NCBI GenBank assembly: GCA_030704615.1
Contig: CM060733.1
Span: 71,796,001-71,860,000 of the forward strand
Direction of reading: 5' to 3'
Source of the DNA: Takakia lepidozioides
Taxonomy: Eukaryota; Plantae; Bryophyta
DNA length: 64,000 nt
Position numbers and translations under genes: made by a program. Positions 48,257 through 62,032 of the stretch are shown here, piece by piece (position 1 is the first letter of the stretch; each line of letters starts with the position of its first letter). The notes under the pieces were generated by a model. It made no database searches. It was not told the origin of the DNA and saw nothing but the letters and a program-made list of their open reading frames with translations.

Positions 48257-49535
48257 TGTCGCGGGAGTTTACCAAAGTGAAGTGCGCAACACTTGATATC
48301 AGAGCCTAGAGTTCAGTATGCGATCGCACTTGGGATCGGCCTCATCATGAGGCCGAGCAAGACCAAGCGAAAGCGCAACGGCCCGAAAGCCGATAATCCT
48401 AGTGAGCCCGGTAGGGCCGACGCGATGCCGGAGCGGCAAACGAAATAGGCTATTTATGCTTCTGAAAGCGAGGCCGCTCAAGAGCAAGAGTCATTTGGGG
48501 GTCGGAGCCCGAGGACTCTCCGAGAGACCCGCCAGTCCAACAGATGCCGCTAATGCCACCAATTTTCGGGGAAGGCCTTCTGGCGCAGTTTGGCGGGACG
48601 TTGAAAGACGTGATGATGGCGGCTAATGCCACTTCAACTAAGGCAAAGTTTAAGGTGAAGCCTAAGGAACCCGACACCTTCGAGGGTGTCCGAAATCGGA
48701 AGGCACTCAACACCTGGCTCTTGGAGCTGGAGCAGTACTTCTGAGCGGCCAAGTCGAGTGACGAGGATCGGGTGGAAGTGGCTCCCACCTATTTAAGGGG
48801 CTATGCTCAACAATGGTGGTAGAAACGTCTTAATAACCAAGGGCCAAATCCTGAGCCCTTGAGTTGGGGTGAGGTCAAGGAACTCATTAAAAAATAATTT
48901 GTACCTCTCAACGCGTCTTGACTTGCCTGGGACAAATGAGGAACTTGAAGCAAACAGATGATATTCGAGGATATGTTCAGGCTTTCAATGTATTGTTGCT
49001 TGAAGTCGCGGACATGACGGAACCAGAAATGGTCTTCAACTTTGTGGCGGGACTGGCCTATGGGCTAGGCGGAAGTTGGAGGAGAGGCCACCAAAGACTT
49101 TGAACGAGGCCATTGAAAGGGCTGAATGCTGCTCGGATGTCCTTACGGGCGAAAGACAGGGCCGTACGGAGCTGAACCACAAGAAGGTCCGACGGGAATG
49201 TGATTGATTCCGGTCGGAAAAGAAGTGAGATAAGCCACACGATGACAATGGCAATTGGAGATCGAAGGGAGGGCCTTTGCACGCCAGGGCGGCACCCGGT
49301 GCTTTGAAAGGAAAAATAGGTGCGACGGCACTTGGCGGGCAAAAGACGACCTTTGATGGGGTGTGCTTTAATTGCGGGGAGACTAGGCACATGGCCAAAA
49401 AGTGCCCGAAACCCCGACAGTTGAACATGACAACGCTGACCACGGAGCTTTTCGAAGACCCCATCAACCGCTTGGTGGAGGCAGTGGTCGCCAAGACTTT
49501 ACAAGGTAGGCGACTACACGTGTGAGCTGTTCAAG
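48257..49535 (+). mobile_element. Degenerate 5' fragment of the same chromovirus family (35-bp residual LTR, mutated PBS, gag with CCHC)
   Basis: Homologous to 45480-46490; TGATATCAGAGC; CFNCGETRHMAKKC; several stop codons. Confidence 0.9.
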
Positions 49536-49609
49536 GAGGCTAGAGCATCACGTAGCGGAAGCCGCTTCATATTCATAAGTAGCAAAATTTTCGGAACTAA
49601 CGTGTCGTT

Positions 49610-50351
49610 GTCGTATAGGCGGTCGCTTCATTTTTAAAAAACAAAAAAGAGCGATCGCCATTGGACGTTAGCATCATCTTTTATAAATACGAAAAAGAAC
49701 GACCACCATATGGTGGTCGTTTCATTTAAAACAAATACCTAAAAGAACGACCGCCGTATTGGCGGTCGTTTTTTTTTTTTTTAAAAAAAACGACCGCCAT
49801 AGGGCGCTCGCTGCACTTTTTAGAAAAACTTAACAAAGCGACCGCCGTAGTGGCGGTCGCTTCATTTATATTTATTTATTTAAAATAATTTTTTTATTAA
49901 AAAAAAAAAAAAAAAAAAAAACCATAAGGCGGTCGCTTCATTTTGAATATATATATAAATTAAAAAATTTGAAAAAAAACGTAAACGAGCGACCGCCGAA
50001 TTGGCGGTTGCTTCAGTTTCTTAAAAAGCGAAGAAGAGCGACCGCCGTATGGCCGTCGCTACAGTTTTTTTAATTAAAAAAAATAAAAATAAACAATTAA
50101 ATTTAAATTTACTTTTAAAAAAAACTTAAAGGAGCTACCGCCACTTTCTTAAAAGCGAAGAAAAGCGACCGCCGTATGGTGGTCGCTTCATTTTGTTTAT
50201 TAAAAAAATCTTATTTTTAAATTTATTTATTTATTTATTTTAAAAAAAAACTTAAAAGAGCGACCGGCGGTCGCTTCAGTTTTTTAAAAAGCAAAAAAAA
50301 ACGACCCCCATATGGCGGTCGCTTCATTTAAATAAATAAACGACCGCCGTA
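49610..50351. repeat. Array of palindromes GCGACCGCC-N3-5-GGCGGTCGC with A/T-rich spacers
   Basis: About a dozen full or half copies, spaced ~45-120 bp apart. Confidence 0.9.
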
Positions 50352-50378
50352 TTGTAACCTCAACATGTGCTTGTGCAG

Positions 50379-51797
50379 GAAATGTGTCTCGACTCCGACA
50401 CCGACATGCCCACGACAAACATGGCCGAATCAGTGCACTCTTTCTGGCGTGCCTTCTCTGCGGCGCATCTAGTGGACATCCTCACTGCCACAACGGAGGA
50501 CATTGTGAGGTCAATTATGCAGCAATGCAGGTACAACGAGTTCTTGAAAGGGAAACAGTGGGGCTTGGGGCCGGACAGGCAGGAAATGCTGATGCGGACT
50601 GCCTCTAGATCGAAGAATCCTCGGAAGTGGGCGGCGGCCTTGCGAGAGGGCCTTCGGGACACGCCATTGCTGCGAAGAGGCCAACATTTGGAAGGAGATG
50701 TTCATACCCGTCCAGTGAGACGAAGACTTGACGAGGCACCTGGCGGAGAAGAGGATTCATGGCGAGCTGACAAGAATATTCGCACGCTCCCTTGTGGTCC
50801 GGTGATGTTGCCCGAGGAGGTCTCGTCGAGCACCGCAAGTCCTGCACGTTCAAGATCGCCATCTCCTTTGAGCACAGGGCGCGTGCCCCGGCAACATAAC
50901 GAGCCATCTGTAGTAAAGCAGTACAACATTCCCATTGTGGAGACAAGAGTGTCGGAGTCACAGTGGAAAATTGCGAGGACATTGCCGGCATTTCGAGGGA
51001 AGTGCTGAGCCATCCGAGTGGATACGAGAGCACGCTGTGGTGAGATGATTCGGAGGAACCCACACGGTGCTGTACCTGCACCTTGTTTCAGCGGCAGATT
51101 TTTGACTCCCACATTTGCTCACGCCACAACGCAGACATTTTGGTTCTGTAGGCACGACATAATGACCTGTGTATTTGGCAAGCCCAAGTACGGGATTCAG
51201 GGAATGCCGGAGCCTCCGGGCGTCTGGCCTGTTGCACCGGGTTGCAGCCTCTCTCAGAATGAGGCGGATGCTCTATCTGCAGCAGGATTTCGAATGGTGC
51301 AACGCACAGACATTCCGGCCCACGCATTTCCGGTTCCTCAGACCCAGCCATTGCAGACTGCTCGGTCCAGTAGAGACGGATTGGACAATTCTACACATCC
51401 CACAATGCGATTCGGAAGAGTGAAGAGACGACACCCTCCCAACAAGTTGAATGAGACTCGGATTGCCAATGCTCTTGGGATGGCTTGCACTATTCAGAGC
51501 TCCGTGGACGTACCCCCACCCGGCCTTGGGCGTGTGTATCGGATGGCAACGGCCGGCTCGGCTGTACGCGACGATGTATACACAATTACGATTGGAGTGG
51601 AGCCGACTTGCAATTGTACGGACTTCTCGTTGATGGAAGTAAAGAAGGGTTCGAAGTATTATCCGTGCAAGCATCTGTATTACATTTACCTGAAGAGGTT
51701 GAGGATGAACGTGACTATTGATGACTTTATTCATGCACCGGCGTTGAGCGTGAACGAGCTGCACAAACTCCTCCTTAGGGATTCCAGAAATCATTGA
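50379..51797 (+). pseudogene. Family A transposase last exon: catalytic E region, Cys cluster, SWIM finger; one stop at 51006
   Basis: TTNMAESVH; FWFCRHDIMTC; CNCTDF..YPCKHLYYIY. Confidence 0.88.
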
Positions 51798-51949
51798 TGG
51801 GGCAAAGGGAATCCTCCATATGGATATTTTCAATTGCATTTTGTTGTATCAGACTTTTTTTGCAGTGTAATGAAATGCACCCCAAAACTCCTGGAATGAG
51901 GCAATATTCCATTCAAACTGAGATCCAACAGAAGCGGTTGTGGGGCCAT

Positions 51950-52260
51950 TTCTGGAAAAATGGCGCCGAATTTCTCTTTTTGGGGCCGAAAACTGGCTAA
52001 GTCCCAACATGCACTGGTACCTGTGTCTGGGAAAATGGCGCCGAATTTCTCTTTTTTGGGCCGAAAACTGGCTAAGTCCCAACATGCACTGGTACCGTGT
52101 CTGGAAAAATGGCGCCGAATTTCTCTTTTTTGGGCCGAAAACTGGCTAAGTCCCAACATGCACTGGTACAGTGTCTGGAAAAATGGCGCCGAATTTCCCT
52201 ATTTTGCGCCGAAAACTGGCTAAGTCCGAACATGCACTGGAAAAATGGCGCCGAATTACC
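51950..52260. repeat. Subterminal 74-bp tandem repeat of family A (mirror copy at 4690-4890)
   Basis: CTGG(A/G)AAAATGGCGCC at 51952, 52027, 52101 and 52175. Confidence 0.93.
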
Positions 52261-52909
52261 TGTCATGAGGGGACCTATAGCCGCGGAATTTGGCACCATT
52301 TTTCGCCAGAGAGACCTATTACCGCGAAATACGTCGCCGTTTTTTCAGGTTACGGACCCTATTACCGCGAAATTCGGCGCCATATTTGCACATGTCGCTG
52401 GGAATTGGCATGAGCAGAAGACGAAATATCATGAGCACAACTGTCAAAACTGCAATTTTCCCTTCAAGGGGCCGAATAATATATTTGTTTTTCCTGACAC
52501 ATTGCATTAAATTACTATTTTTTATTGTTTTTTATTTTCGAAATTTGTACTTCTGCTCATGAAAACCGATTGTCTTACTACTCCGCTCATGCCGCTCATG
52601 CTCATGAAATAGCAAACCTCACTGTTAGCACAATATAGAGATCGGAAACCAGACAACAGTTTGCTTAAGTGTACTCTCTCTCCCAATGGTTGTCCCAGTC
52701 CAATTCAGTTGTATGAAAACATGGCCTGCAAAACAACCCAAAGCAAATGTGAGAAGAATATCAACACTCTCGGTTCTGTTGCACCAATTTACACCAAGTA
52801 GGAAAATCTGCAATGAATATGACAACAAATGGGAGAGCCCCCACCTTTACTTGTTATGTAATCAGCCACAAACCCAATGCTTCCACGATTTACTTCACCA
52901 TTCCTATTA

Positions 52910-53115
52910 TTCTCTCGCCCTTGTCGTCCGGACTGTGGACAAAATCAGAATGTCGACTTCACGTCCTTGAAACCCATCCACAGTATTGAACTCAATTTCA
53001 CATGCTGCACCAGAACCTAGTGCACGAATAAAGCGATTCTGAAGCAGTAATAGCTGCTGCTTGTACAGTGTAATTATTATCCCAAAGCGCCCTGGCCTCA
53101 CCTCAGCTGAATACC
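52910..53115 (-). pseudogene. Isolated exon of a SEN1/UPF1-like SF1 helicase (AAA_12 domain)
   Basis: GIIITLYKQQ (normally TPY..Q) and EFNTVDGFQGREVDILILSTVR; no neighbouring exons recognised. Confidence 0.8.
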
Positions 53116-54588
53116 TGGTAAAATTCCACCAAACGCAGTAGTAGCAGCAAAGAACGCATATCATCAGCAGGAAAATCGCATATCATCACAATACAACATC
53201 ATTTTGAACCCCCAAGGATGCACCTTGAGAGGGACCCTGTATATAATCAAGTCTCCTGCTATAGGGCAGTCAATGCAATATGCCGGTAGGGGTTCCCACT
53301 CAAAAACAGGATGAGCACGATAAGGCATGAGATTGCTATGGTGGCGGGAGCCCTGGATAGAGAACCTATCCAAACTAACGCATAGTACATCTTCTGACTC
53401 ATGTTCAACTTGAGGGAAGATTAACATTATTCTAGATGGAGGTAATGCGCAGGCTGTAAGTAGCTGCGATTGAAGTGCACGCGACCTACAAGCAGCTTGC
53501 GTACCCAAGACTTGAGCTAGTAGATGGGGCTGATATGGTTCAGATTGTGACCCTCACAAACGCAAACACAATACCACTTACATCTAGTTATCACTATACA
53601 AAGATTGCAACCTCCAAAACTCACACATGTATCACATAAATACTACACAGGGCACTTTCTTGGAACTCAGGTGAGCAACATAGACAAATGAATGTGCGTG
53701 CGTAGTGAGTACGACAAGAGCAAAACCAAACACCCGAATGCTGGAGGAAATGGCCAGGTTGCACGAAGATACGGAAATGGCGAGGTTGCACGCCAATACT
53801 GCCCGTGTCGCACCCCGTATCCAACGTGTTCCAGGCTGTTGTGCGCTCTAGTGCATTACATAACAACTGAAAGCATATCATGCATGGCTATCTCTGCACA
53901 CTCAAAAATATGAGAAAGAAGATCGATAGCACGAATAGAACGTTAGGCCATTAGGGCAAAGGTGTATGGGCCACACTTGCAAACGCGCAGACATTTTGAA
54001 AATCTACGTTGACAGACCACCCGGCGACGGGTGACCCGCCGTCTCGCACACTCCATGCGCGAGACTGCTGTCTTGAAGCTTTTCATGCAGCATCCATGGC
54101 GGACGCAGCCGCGCAGTCCATATCTCACGGTAGATAGCTCGAACGACTTAGTTTTTTTCACCAAAATGGCATACGTAGCAACCTTTAGTGTCTCCTGCAA
54201 CCCCTTTGCCCTTATGTGAATGTTACATTATTTTCTAGATTTTCCAAAATATACACCAATGTAACTCTCTTCATGAAAAATCATCAAGCAGTTCATTCCT
54301 TCATAAAAACCTCCATATCATTGTAAAGTGCCTTAGGGAGTCTTGAAAGCTACACTTCTTATGAAAGGACCATAGCATGAAAATGAATGGAAGAAGGTCT
54401 AATGAATTAGGATGTTCCAAGATAAAATGATAGATTTTGAAAATTTCTCACATATCTCATAAACTAATTCTTAGGGCTACATTGTATCCAAAAAGAAAAC
54501 CACCGTTGTTTTCAGCACAGAATAAGGATCAATGATTCATGTCTAAACTTTCAAAATGCACTTATATCCAACATCCATGTCAGTCCTT

Positions 54589-57500
54589 CTATGTGGCACT
54601 GCATTCGCAGAGAGGTTGGGACGTCCATTTTGGGTGGACCGTAGCATGCTTTGACCCCTTAGAAGCTTTAATCTTTCCCTTCTTCTGCAACCAAAGAACC
54701 AAATCTCCCATCTTAAAAGTCTTTAACTTGCCTTCATCAAACTGTTCATTTCTCTTCATCTGAATTCTGGTCATGTTATCAGCTGCATCAGCACGTACTT
54801 CTTCCACATGGTATAATTCATGTTTCCTGACCTTAATTGAATCTTGCAATTCCATTCTCTTTCCCCATTCCGTTCTCATGGTAGGTAACATGAATTCCAC
54901 TGGAAGTAAAGCTTCCATACCATAAAATAATTGGAATGGTGTATACTTAGTGGTGACTTTATATGAAGTCATGTATGACCACAAAGCTGTCAGCAGCTTT
55001 GTATCCCAATCCGTTCTGTTTGCATTGACTATCTTAGCCAAGATAGTACATAATATTTTGTCGGTAGCCTCTGTCTGCCCATTACCCTGTGGATAATATG
55101 TTGTACTCTTCATATGCACAATCATGAACTCTTTAGTCAATAGTTCAATGGTCTCATTAATGAAGTGACTTCCCTGATCACTGATAAATTCCAAGGGACA
55201 GCCAAATCGTGTAAGTATGTTCTCATACAGGAACCTTGCTGTGGACTTGGCTGTGTTGTCCCTCAAAGCTTTAGCTTCCACCCACTTCGTAGTATAATCA
55301 GTGGCTGTAATTATGTACCTGTTCTGTGTATTCTTGGCTGGTGGGTTAATTGGTCCAACAAAGTCTAGTCCCCATTTCTGAAATGGTTCAGTAGGCATTG
55401 TAGGATGCAAAGCCATCTTCCCAGATCTCTGCAAAGGTCCTAGCCTCTAACATTCATCACAACTCTGACAATACTTGTGTACATATTTGAACAAAGTAGG
55501 CCACCAGTAACCTACAAGTAATATCTTCCTACTGATAGTCTCTTCTCCAAAATGACCTCCTGCCACTCCTTTATGAACTTCCTCCAAAACTTTATTAACT
55601 TCATGGTGGTATAAGCATCGCTTCAGCACTCCATCTGGTCCTAGCTTATACATTCTGCTCCCTACCATAGTGTAAGGTAGAGCCTTGATAGCAATTCTCT
55701 TTCTCTGCTCCTTTCCATAACTTGGTGGGCACTGACCATGAGCAAGGTAGTATCTGATTGGCCACTGCCAATCTAACCAGTCATCTGCACTTCCCTGCAC
55801 CTCCACTGCAAATAGACTCGCATCTGGTAATTGATCATCTACTCCCGTGGCTGGTTCTCCTGTTGATAACCGTGACAAGTGATCCGCCACAAGATGCAGC
55901 CTCCCAGGCTTGTAAACAACCTCGAACTCAAACTCGTGCAAGATTATCAACCATCTTGCTATTCTTCTGCTTATCAAAGGTTTGTTTACCAGGTATATCA
56001 TAGCCTGGTGATCCACATAGAACATAAACTTCTTGCCCAACAGGTAATGCCTGAATTTCTTCACTGCATAGATCATTGTCGTTGTGCTATAATTTCTTTC
56101 AGCATTGTTCATCAATCGGCTAGCATAGTACACAGGTGAATCTATCCTTCCTGTAACATTTTGGGCTAACACTGCTCCCAGTGCTTCTCCTGAAGCATCA
56201 CAGTGAACATGAAATATTTCCTGCCAGTGAGGATTAATCAGCACAGGTGTAGTTGTTACTGACAATGTAAGTTCCTCAAAAACCTGTTGACATTCAGGTG
56301 TCCATGCAAACACTGCATCTTTCTTCAGAAGCTTGCTCAATGGTGCTGCTATCTGTGCATACCTTTTGACAAATCTTCTGTAATAACTGGTTTGCCCAAG
56401 GAATCTCCTTAGACTCTTAACATTTACTGGTGGTGGAGAGGCTTTAATGGCCTCTGTCTTCCTGGGATCCACAAGAAGTCCCCTCTTACACACAATGTGT
56501 CCCAGAAGCACCCCTGAGTTTACACAGAAAGTACATTTCTCTGGATTTAGACCCAGACCTCTCATTCTGCATCTGGCCAGACATAACTCCAACTTATGCA
56601 AGTGCTCATTCTTAGAGCTGTACACACTGAAATCATCCAAGAATACCTGCATGAAATCATCCAGATACTCATGAAAAGATTCACTTATCATTCTCTGAAA
56701 GGTTGCTGGTGCATTACAAAGTCCAAAGGGCATGACTTTGTATGCATAAGCACCCCAATCTGTGATGAAAGTTGTATTTCCCTGGTCTTCTTCTGCCACT
56801 TGCACTTGATTATAACCACTGAAGCCATCCATGAATGAGTACATCTCATGGCCTGCCACAATGTCCAATACTGCTTCTGTGAATGGCAAGGGGAATGGAT
56901 CCTTCTTCGTGCAAGCATTCAACTTCTTATAGTTCACACAAACTCTTAGTTTACCATTCTTCTTGGGAACTATCACAATGGGTGACAACCAAGTTGTATA
57001 CTCTATTGGGTATATAAACTTAGCCTCAGCCAACTTCTTGATCTCTTCTCCAACCTTCTGTGCATAGTTGGGATTCATTCTGTACCTCGCCTGCTTGATT
57101 GGTACTGACCCTGGTTCCAGTTCAATCTTATGCTGACAGATCTCAGGTGGTATCCCTTTTAGATCCTCGTAGCTCCAAGCAAATACATCTCTGTATTTGA
57201 TGAACAAACTCTTAGCTTTTTCAAAGAATTCTGGCTCCAAATCAGCTCCTACCTTCACCATCCTCGGTTCCTCTTTAGTTCCCACATTCACTTCCCTCAC
57301 CTGCTCATCAGCTGTGATTGTCCAACCAGTCACCACTTCATCCTGTAAACTCACAGTGGCTGGTTCCTCTAGGATTTCCATTTCTCCTTCTCTTTCTTCA
57401 TAGAAATGTGATGGGTAACTGCTAGTTTCCTCTTCAATTGGTGTTGCTGACACTACACCACAGCAGATACCTCTTAAACAACTTAGGCCTTCCAGCCGCA

Positions 57501-60500
57501 TCTCTGCAACCCGCTCCCACTCTGGGTGTGCAGCAAACAGGGTAGTTTCCTGCTCCTCATCCAGTCCTCCCCTCCAGTCATACTCTCTGATCCCTCGAGG
57601 TCTTCTCGTAGCAGGTAATCTACTAAATTTCTTTGTGGTAATTTGTATCTCGTGCATCCCATTATGCACGGTTAGTAATTGAGAATTCCAGTCATGGAAT
57701 ACCCTGGCCTGTTTCAGCCACGGACGTCCCAATAATAAGGAGTAAGCCTCCATGACTTCATCCATCTTCAACACAGTTACTGTGATCATAAAAATAATCT
57801 TCTGTATCTGTATCTTAACTCCTCTTATCAATCCCAATGGCTGTACACTTCTTTGATCTGCCATTGTTACTGTAAATGGGGCTGGTTTCTTGTTGCTTAG
57901 ACCAAGCTTCTTCCTTAATTGGTCTGTCATGATATTTACTCCAGAGCCTCCATCTATCAGTACATCAGTTAGTTCTGTGATTCCAATTCTCAATTGGATT
58001 ACTGGCATAGAATCATCAAAGTCCATGACTGTTTCTCGCCCTTCCGGCTTCACATTATAACTGGTCACCTTGCTGTTCAGGTCTGTGTTTCCTGTCTCCT
58101 GGGCAATTTGATTGATTGCTTGATACAGCCTGTGTCTACAATAAGGTGCCACAACCAATAGCTATCCAATGGTAATCTCTGCTTTGGTCTGGCATATTAC
58201 TTCAGCCAAAGTCCCTTCATTACTTTGCATGTCTGCAACTTCTTTCTTCCTTTCATCCTCACTCACTACTTCTTCTCCATCAGAATCAGAGGAATCTGCC
58301 ACAGGAATATCGGTACTCTTCTGCATTTCCCTTATGGTATCTGCCACTTCCTTGTGCAGTTCCTTCTCATCTCTCCAAGCCTCATCATCTTCAGGCATAT
58401 CACTGCCATGTTCATTATCATCATCTTCCTCAACTACTGGAGGTATTAGTTTGGCTTTGCTTCTTGTTACTATCATTGTACTTAATTCTGGTACAACACA
58501 TGGCCTAACCATGTGAGCTGCCACCACTGGGCCCTCATTCACAGGAGCTCTCATCTCATTCTGGTGTCTAATCTAGAATGAACAGGCTGCCTTGCGATGT
58601 CCTGGCTGATTACAATAGTAACACAGTTCTTCACCATTGGGTCCTCGCCCTTGGTCTGCTCTTGGATTATTTCTGTAATCCTGATTCCCTGGCTGGTAAT
58701 TCCCCCTTGGATTACCCTGATAGTTGCCTCTGGAATTTCTTTGGTAATTCCCTCTTGAATTACCTCTCCCTTCCATGCCATTGTTATAACCACCAGGCCT
58801 ACCATAGTGGTCCTGATCATTGTTTCTTCTTGGCTGGGGTTGCACTTGATGCACCCTTACTTGCCTAGGTTCTCTCGCAGCTGTCCTTTTGTTGTAGTAA
58901 CAATTCTCAGTAGAATGGTTATCCATCTTACAAATAGTACAGTGTTTCTCCTTCATGTGGCATTCAGTGGTGGTATGGCCTTCATTCTGGCACTTTGCAC
59001 ACCAAACACCCTTCCTCCAATGTGTTGGAGCCTCTGTGGCATACTTCTTCAAGATTTCTTCTAATCTTTTTTCATAGTTATCCCTCTTCAACTTCTCCTT
59101 TCTCTTACTCTTCCTTTTCAGTTCTTGCTTTTCTTCTTCATCTGACTCATCTTCAGAGTCCTCATCATCCCTTTTCTCTCTCCTGAGCATTCCCAATTGC
59201 TCAATTCTGTTTGTTGTTTCAAGTGCCTCCTCCACTGTATTATGGGGTAACATATCCACTTTCTTCTGCAACTCTGGTCTTAGTCCACTCACAAACCAAG
59301 TCTTCTGTAAACCTGGTGCTGGTACAGCAACCAGCTTTTTCATCATCAATTCCATCTTTTCCATATACTCCTCAACAGTTTCATGCTTCTTTTGCTTTAA
59401 CTGTTGTAAACTTCCATACACTTCATCCTCAATTTTACTTGTCCTGAACCTATTTCGGAATGCTGTATTCAAGCCATTCCAGGTTAGGAAATGATTATCA
59501 AGGAATCTTGCATACCATTCACTTGCTTTCTTGATAAGTGAACAAAGAAACAATCTCATCCTGGCATCATCGCCATTCTCATTGTTCACTATACACATGT
59601 GCTCAAATTGGCTAATGTGTACATCGGGATCCCCTTTTCCTGAATATATTGGAAAAGGTGGTTTTGCCCGTGTTGGTTGTAACGCCATCTGTGGCCCTAC
59701 CTTCTGCCCACTGACAGGTGCTGGCACCCTTGCTGGTGCTGGTCCTTGAGGACCTGTTGTAGTTGTGGTGGATCTTCCACCCAGTGGTGGCCCCTGAGCA
59801 CTCCCTGCTACTGGCCCCACGATATTCACAGTATTCCCAGCTCCAGTTGCACTACTTCCCACACTCCCTGTCCCCCCAGAGCCAGATCCAGGCAGCCCGC
59901 CTGATCCCCCTGAGCCGACACCTTCGTTGGCCCATGATCCAAGTGCTCCACTTGATCCAGGTCCAACGGGTTGGGATGTCCTGGTTGTAGTCTCAACCTC
60001 AGTTGTTGGGTCTACTTCTTCATACTCTTCCTCTTCCAATTTCTTCTCTCTATTTTCATCCTCCAAGTTTTGCCCTTGGGTTTCTTCTTCACTCATGTAA
60101 CTCAACTGCAATGGTGTTGGAGAGTCTGAACTCTCCGTTGGTTCTGCCACATTCTCTCCTCCTTCTTCACCCTCCGCTTCAGAAGCTGGAGTTCCTGCTT
60201 TTGGTGTTCCATGCCAACTCTTATCAAAGATTTCTGTCAAATCTTTTATCCAGGGATGTACCTCAGATCTTTCACCTCGTGATTGATCTTCTTCCCGTAC
60301 CAATTCCCTTAATCTTTCTTGCAACGAAAAAGAAGGAGTGGTATCCAACTCTAGTTCTTCCGGTATGGGTGATGTACTCCCTGATCTTAATGGTGTGAGA
60401 GGTCCAGATGATTCCCCTATGTCTATTCCTCTCTCCCAAAGATATGGATGATTAGCTTTCAGATAGCTTTATCTTTTTGCTGAATATCTCTGGAGTCTAG

Positions 60501-60519
60501 CTTCTCTTTCATCACTCAT
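54589..60519 (-). pseudogene. gag-pol polyprotein with several stop codons
   Basis: Three CCHC knuckles, LIDGGSGVN protease, MPFGLCNAPATFQ and FLDD RT, HCDASG RNase H, HHCC plus WGLDFVGP integrase; stops at ~60471, 58573, 58162 and 55447. Confidence 0.95.
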
Positions 60520-60540
60520 GTCCCATGTCTTTCATTTCTT

Positions 60541-61224
60541 TTAATGTGGCAATAACAAAAACTCTCTTCTGTAATATCTCTCGTATATGCCTGGGTTTCT
60601 CTCAAGCTTCAATGTTCCTCTAGATATACTAGAAGTCTCCGTTACCATATACCCATATGGTAAACAAGTCTGAAAAGCTGTTCTTGATGTGAGTTTCATC
60701 CACAAGATATCATTTGGAATCCAATTCTTTACCAGTACAAGCTCTTCATGCATATGAGTATAAACATTCACCTTTCTTTCCTCCCAGCCTTCAAACTGTA
60801 CTCGCTTAATGGATAGCAATGCTATCACATAAACCAGTGTTGGTAACCAACGTGCTCTTCCTCTACAGGCCACTTGATAAATCTTTATCACTCCCCATTC
60901 AGGGTCAGCATCATGCACTCTCTTAAGAATGTTTTCTTTACAACCGTCTGGCAATTCCAAGAACCTCTGAAAGAATCGTTTGGACAATCTTTCCTTCTCA
61001 ATTTCACAAGGAATTTGATTCACATCAAATTCTTCAATTCTCCAACCACCATGATCCCACCAGATGCCTGTCACATCCGGTTGTTCATGACCCAATTCCC
61101 CAGTATGGTCGCCAAATATCGAGCGGCTTTTACTCACCCATCCCTTCGCTATCCAAGGTGGGAACTCCAAGATAGAAGAGTTGGAAATCTCTAAGCACTC
61201 AGCCCGCTCAGAACAATCAGTCAT
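60541..61224 (-). CDS. Extra ORF of unknown function upstream of gag
   Basis: Uninterrupted non-repetitive ~220-aa ORF ending ~20 bp before the gag start. Confidence 0.55.
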   Translation of the reverse strand: MTDCSERAECLEISNSSILEFPPWIAKGWVSKSRSIFGDHTGELGHEQPDVTGIWWDHGGWRIEEFDVNQIPCEIEKERLSKRFFQRFLELPDGCKENILKRVHDADPEWGVIKIYQVACRGRARWLPTLVYVIALLSIKRVQFEGWEERKVNVYTHMHEELVLVKNWIPNDILWMKLTSRTAFQTCLPYGYMVTETSSISRGTLKLERNPGIYERYYRREFLLLPH

Positions 61225-61769
61225 GACCTACAGCTAGTGTATCATGAGGGTGTTTCCTATTTGTATTCCTTCCCGTATTCATGTTAGCTAGTTACCTTAC
61301 TGTTGGTATTTAAGTATTAGATTGCTTCAGCAATCTATCGGATTCCATCAACTCATCCATTCATTCCACAGCTTCACTCCGATCTCTCTACACAGGGTGA
61401 GTATGAAGTATGTATCAGATTAATATCTATCAAGTATCAGACTGAAGCCATAGAGTCTCTAATCTGTTCTACATTACAACTCTACTGCTTGCATTCATCA
61501 TGCATCAACAGATCGTTCTCCTCCTACTCCGTGCTCTCCCTCTTTCTACTCAGAGATGCGCTCTCCGCTTCATTTCTCAAAAGTGATGCCCGAAGTCCTT
61601 CAAGAAGTAGTCCCCAAGAAGTGATCCCCCAGATGTCCCCGCTTCTCGCTTTATCTATTTACAAGCCGTTCTAACCGCTTTCCTAACTAACTGTTATCTC
61701 TGTAGTACACGTTCCTTTTTCAGATGTCGTTCCCCCACAGTCGTTCCCTGCCAATGGTAACTGTTCCCC

Positions 61770-62032
61770 AGCTGTGCCGAGCTGTGACTGGCTGTATCAG
61801 GCTGTGGCGGGCTGTGACTGGCTGTGTCGGACTATGTAGGGCTGTGTTGGCTGTGCGAAGCTGTGACGGCTGTGTCGGGCTGTGTTGGACTGTGACTGGC
61901 TGTGTTGGACTGTGACGGGCTGTGTTGGCTGTGACTGGCTGTGTTGGACTGTGACGGGCTGTGTTGGCTGTGACTGGCTGTGTTGGACTGTGACGGGCTG
62001 TGACGGGCTGTGATGGACTGTGTTGGGCTGTG
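61770..62032. repeat. Minisatellite of 9-10 bp units (GGCTGTGTT / GGACTGTGAC)
   Basis: Directly visible. Confidence 0.95.

Larger units (their letters stand above)
50352..52620 (+). mobile_element. Family A transposon, partial copy 3 (3' part with terminus at 52620)
   Basis: 50352-50632 matches ~18664-18944 with substitutions; ends GCTCATGAAATAGCAAACCTC. Confidence 0.88.

Noticed and set aside
49610-50351. CRISPR-like appearance of palindromic repeats with spacers (also 22038-22760 and 32319-32795)
   Set aside because: Spacers are low-complexity or mutually homologous, of irregular length; no cas genes; eukaryotic context
16525-52620. One family A element split by a 31-kb nested insertion
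   Set aside because: The two parts overlap by ~280 bp with several substitutions and have no TSD-like junction, so they are separate copies
4329-52620. A single 48-kb element with long TIRs
   Set aside because: Both ends are the same (3') end type, there is no TSD, and the flanks are unrelated; kept only as a possibility
53164-54580. Short ORFs and an AT-rich segment
   Set aside because: No recognisable motif or termini
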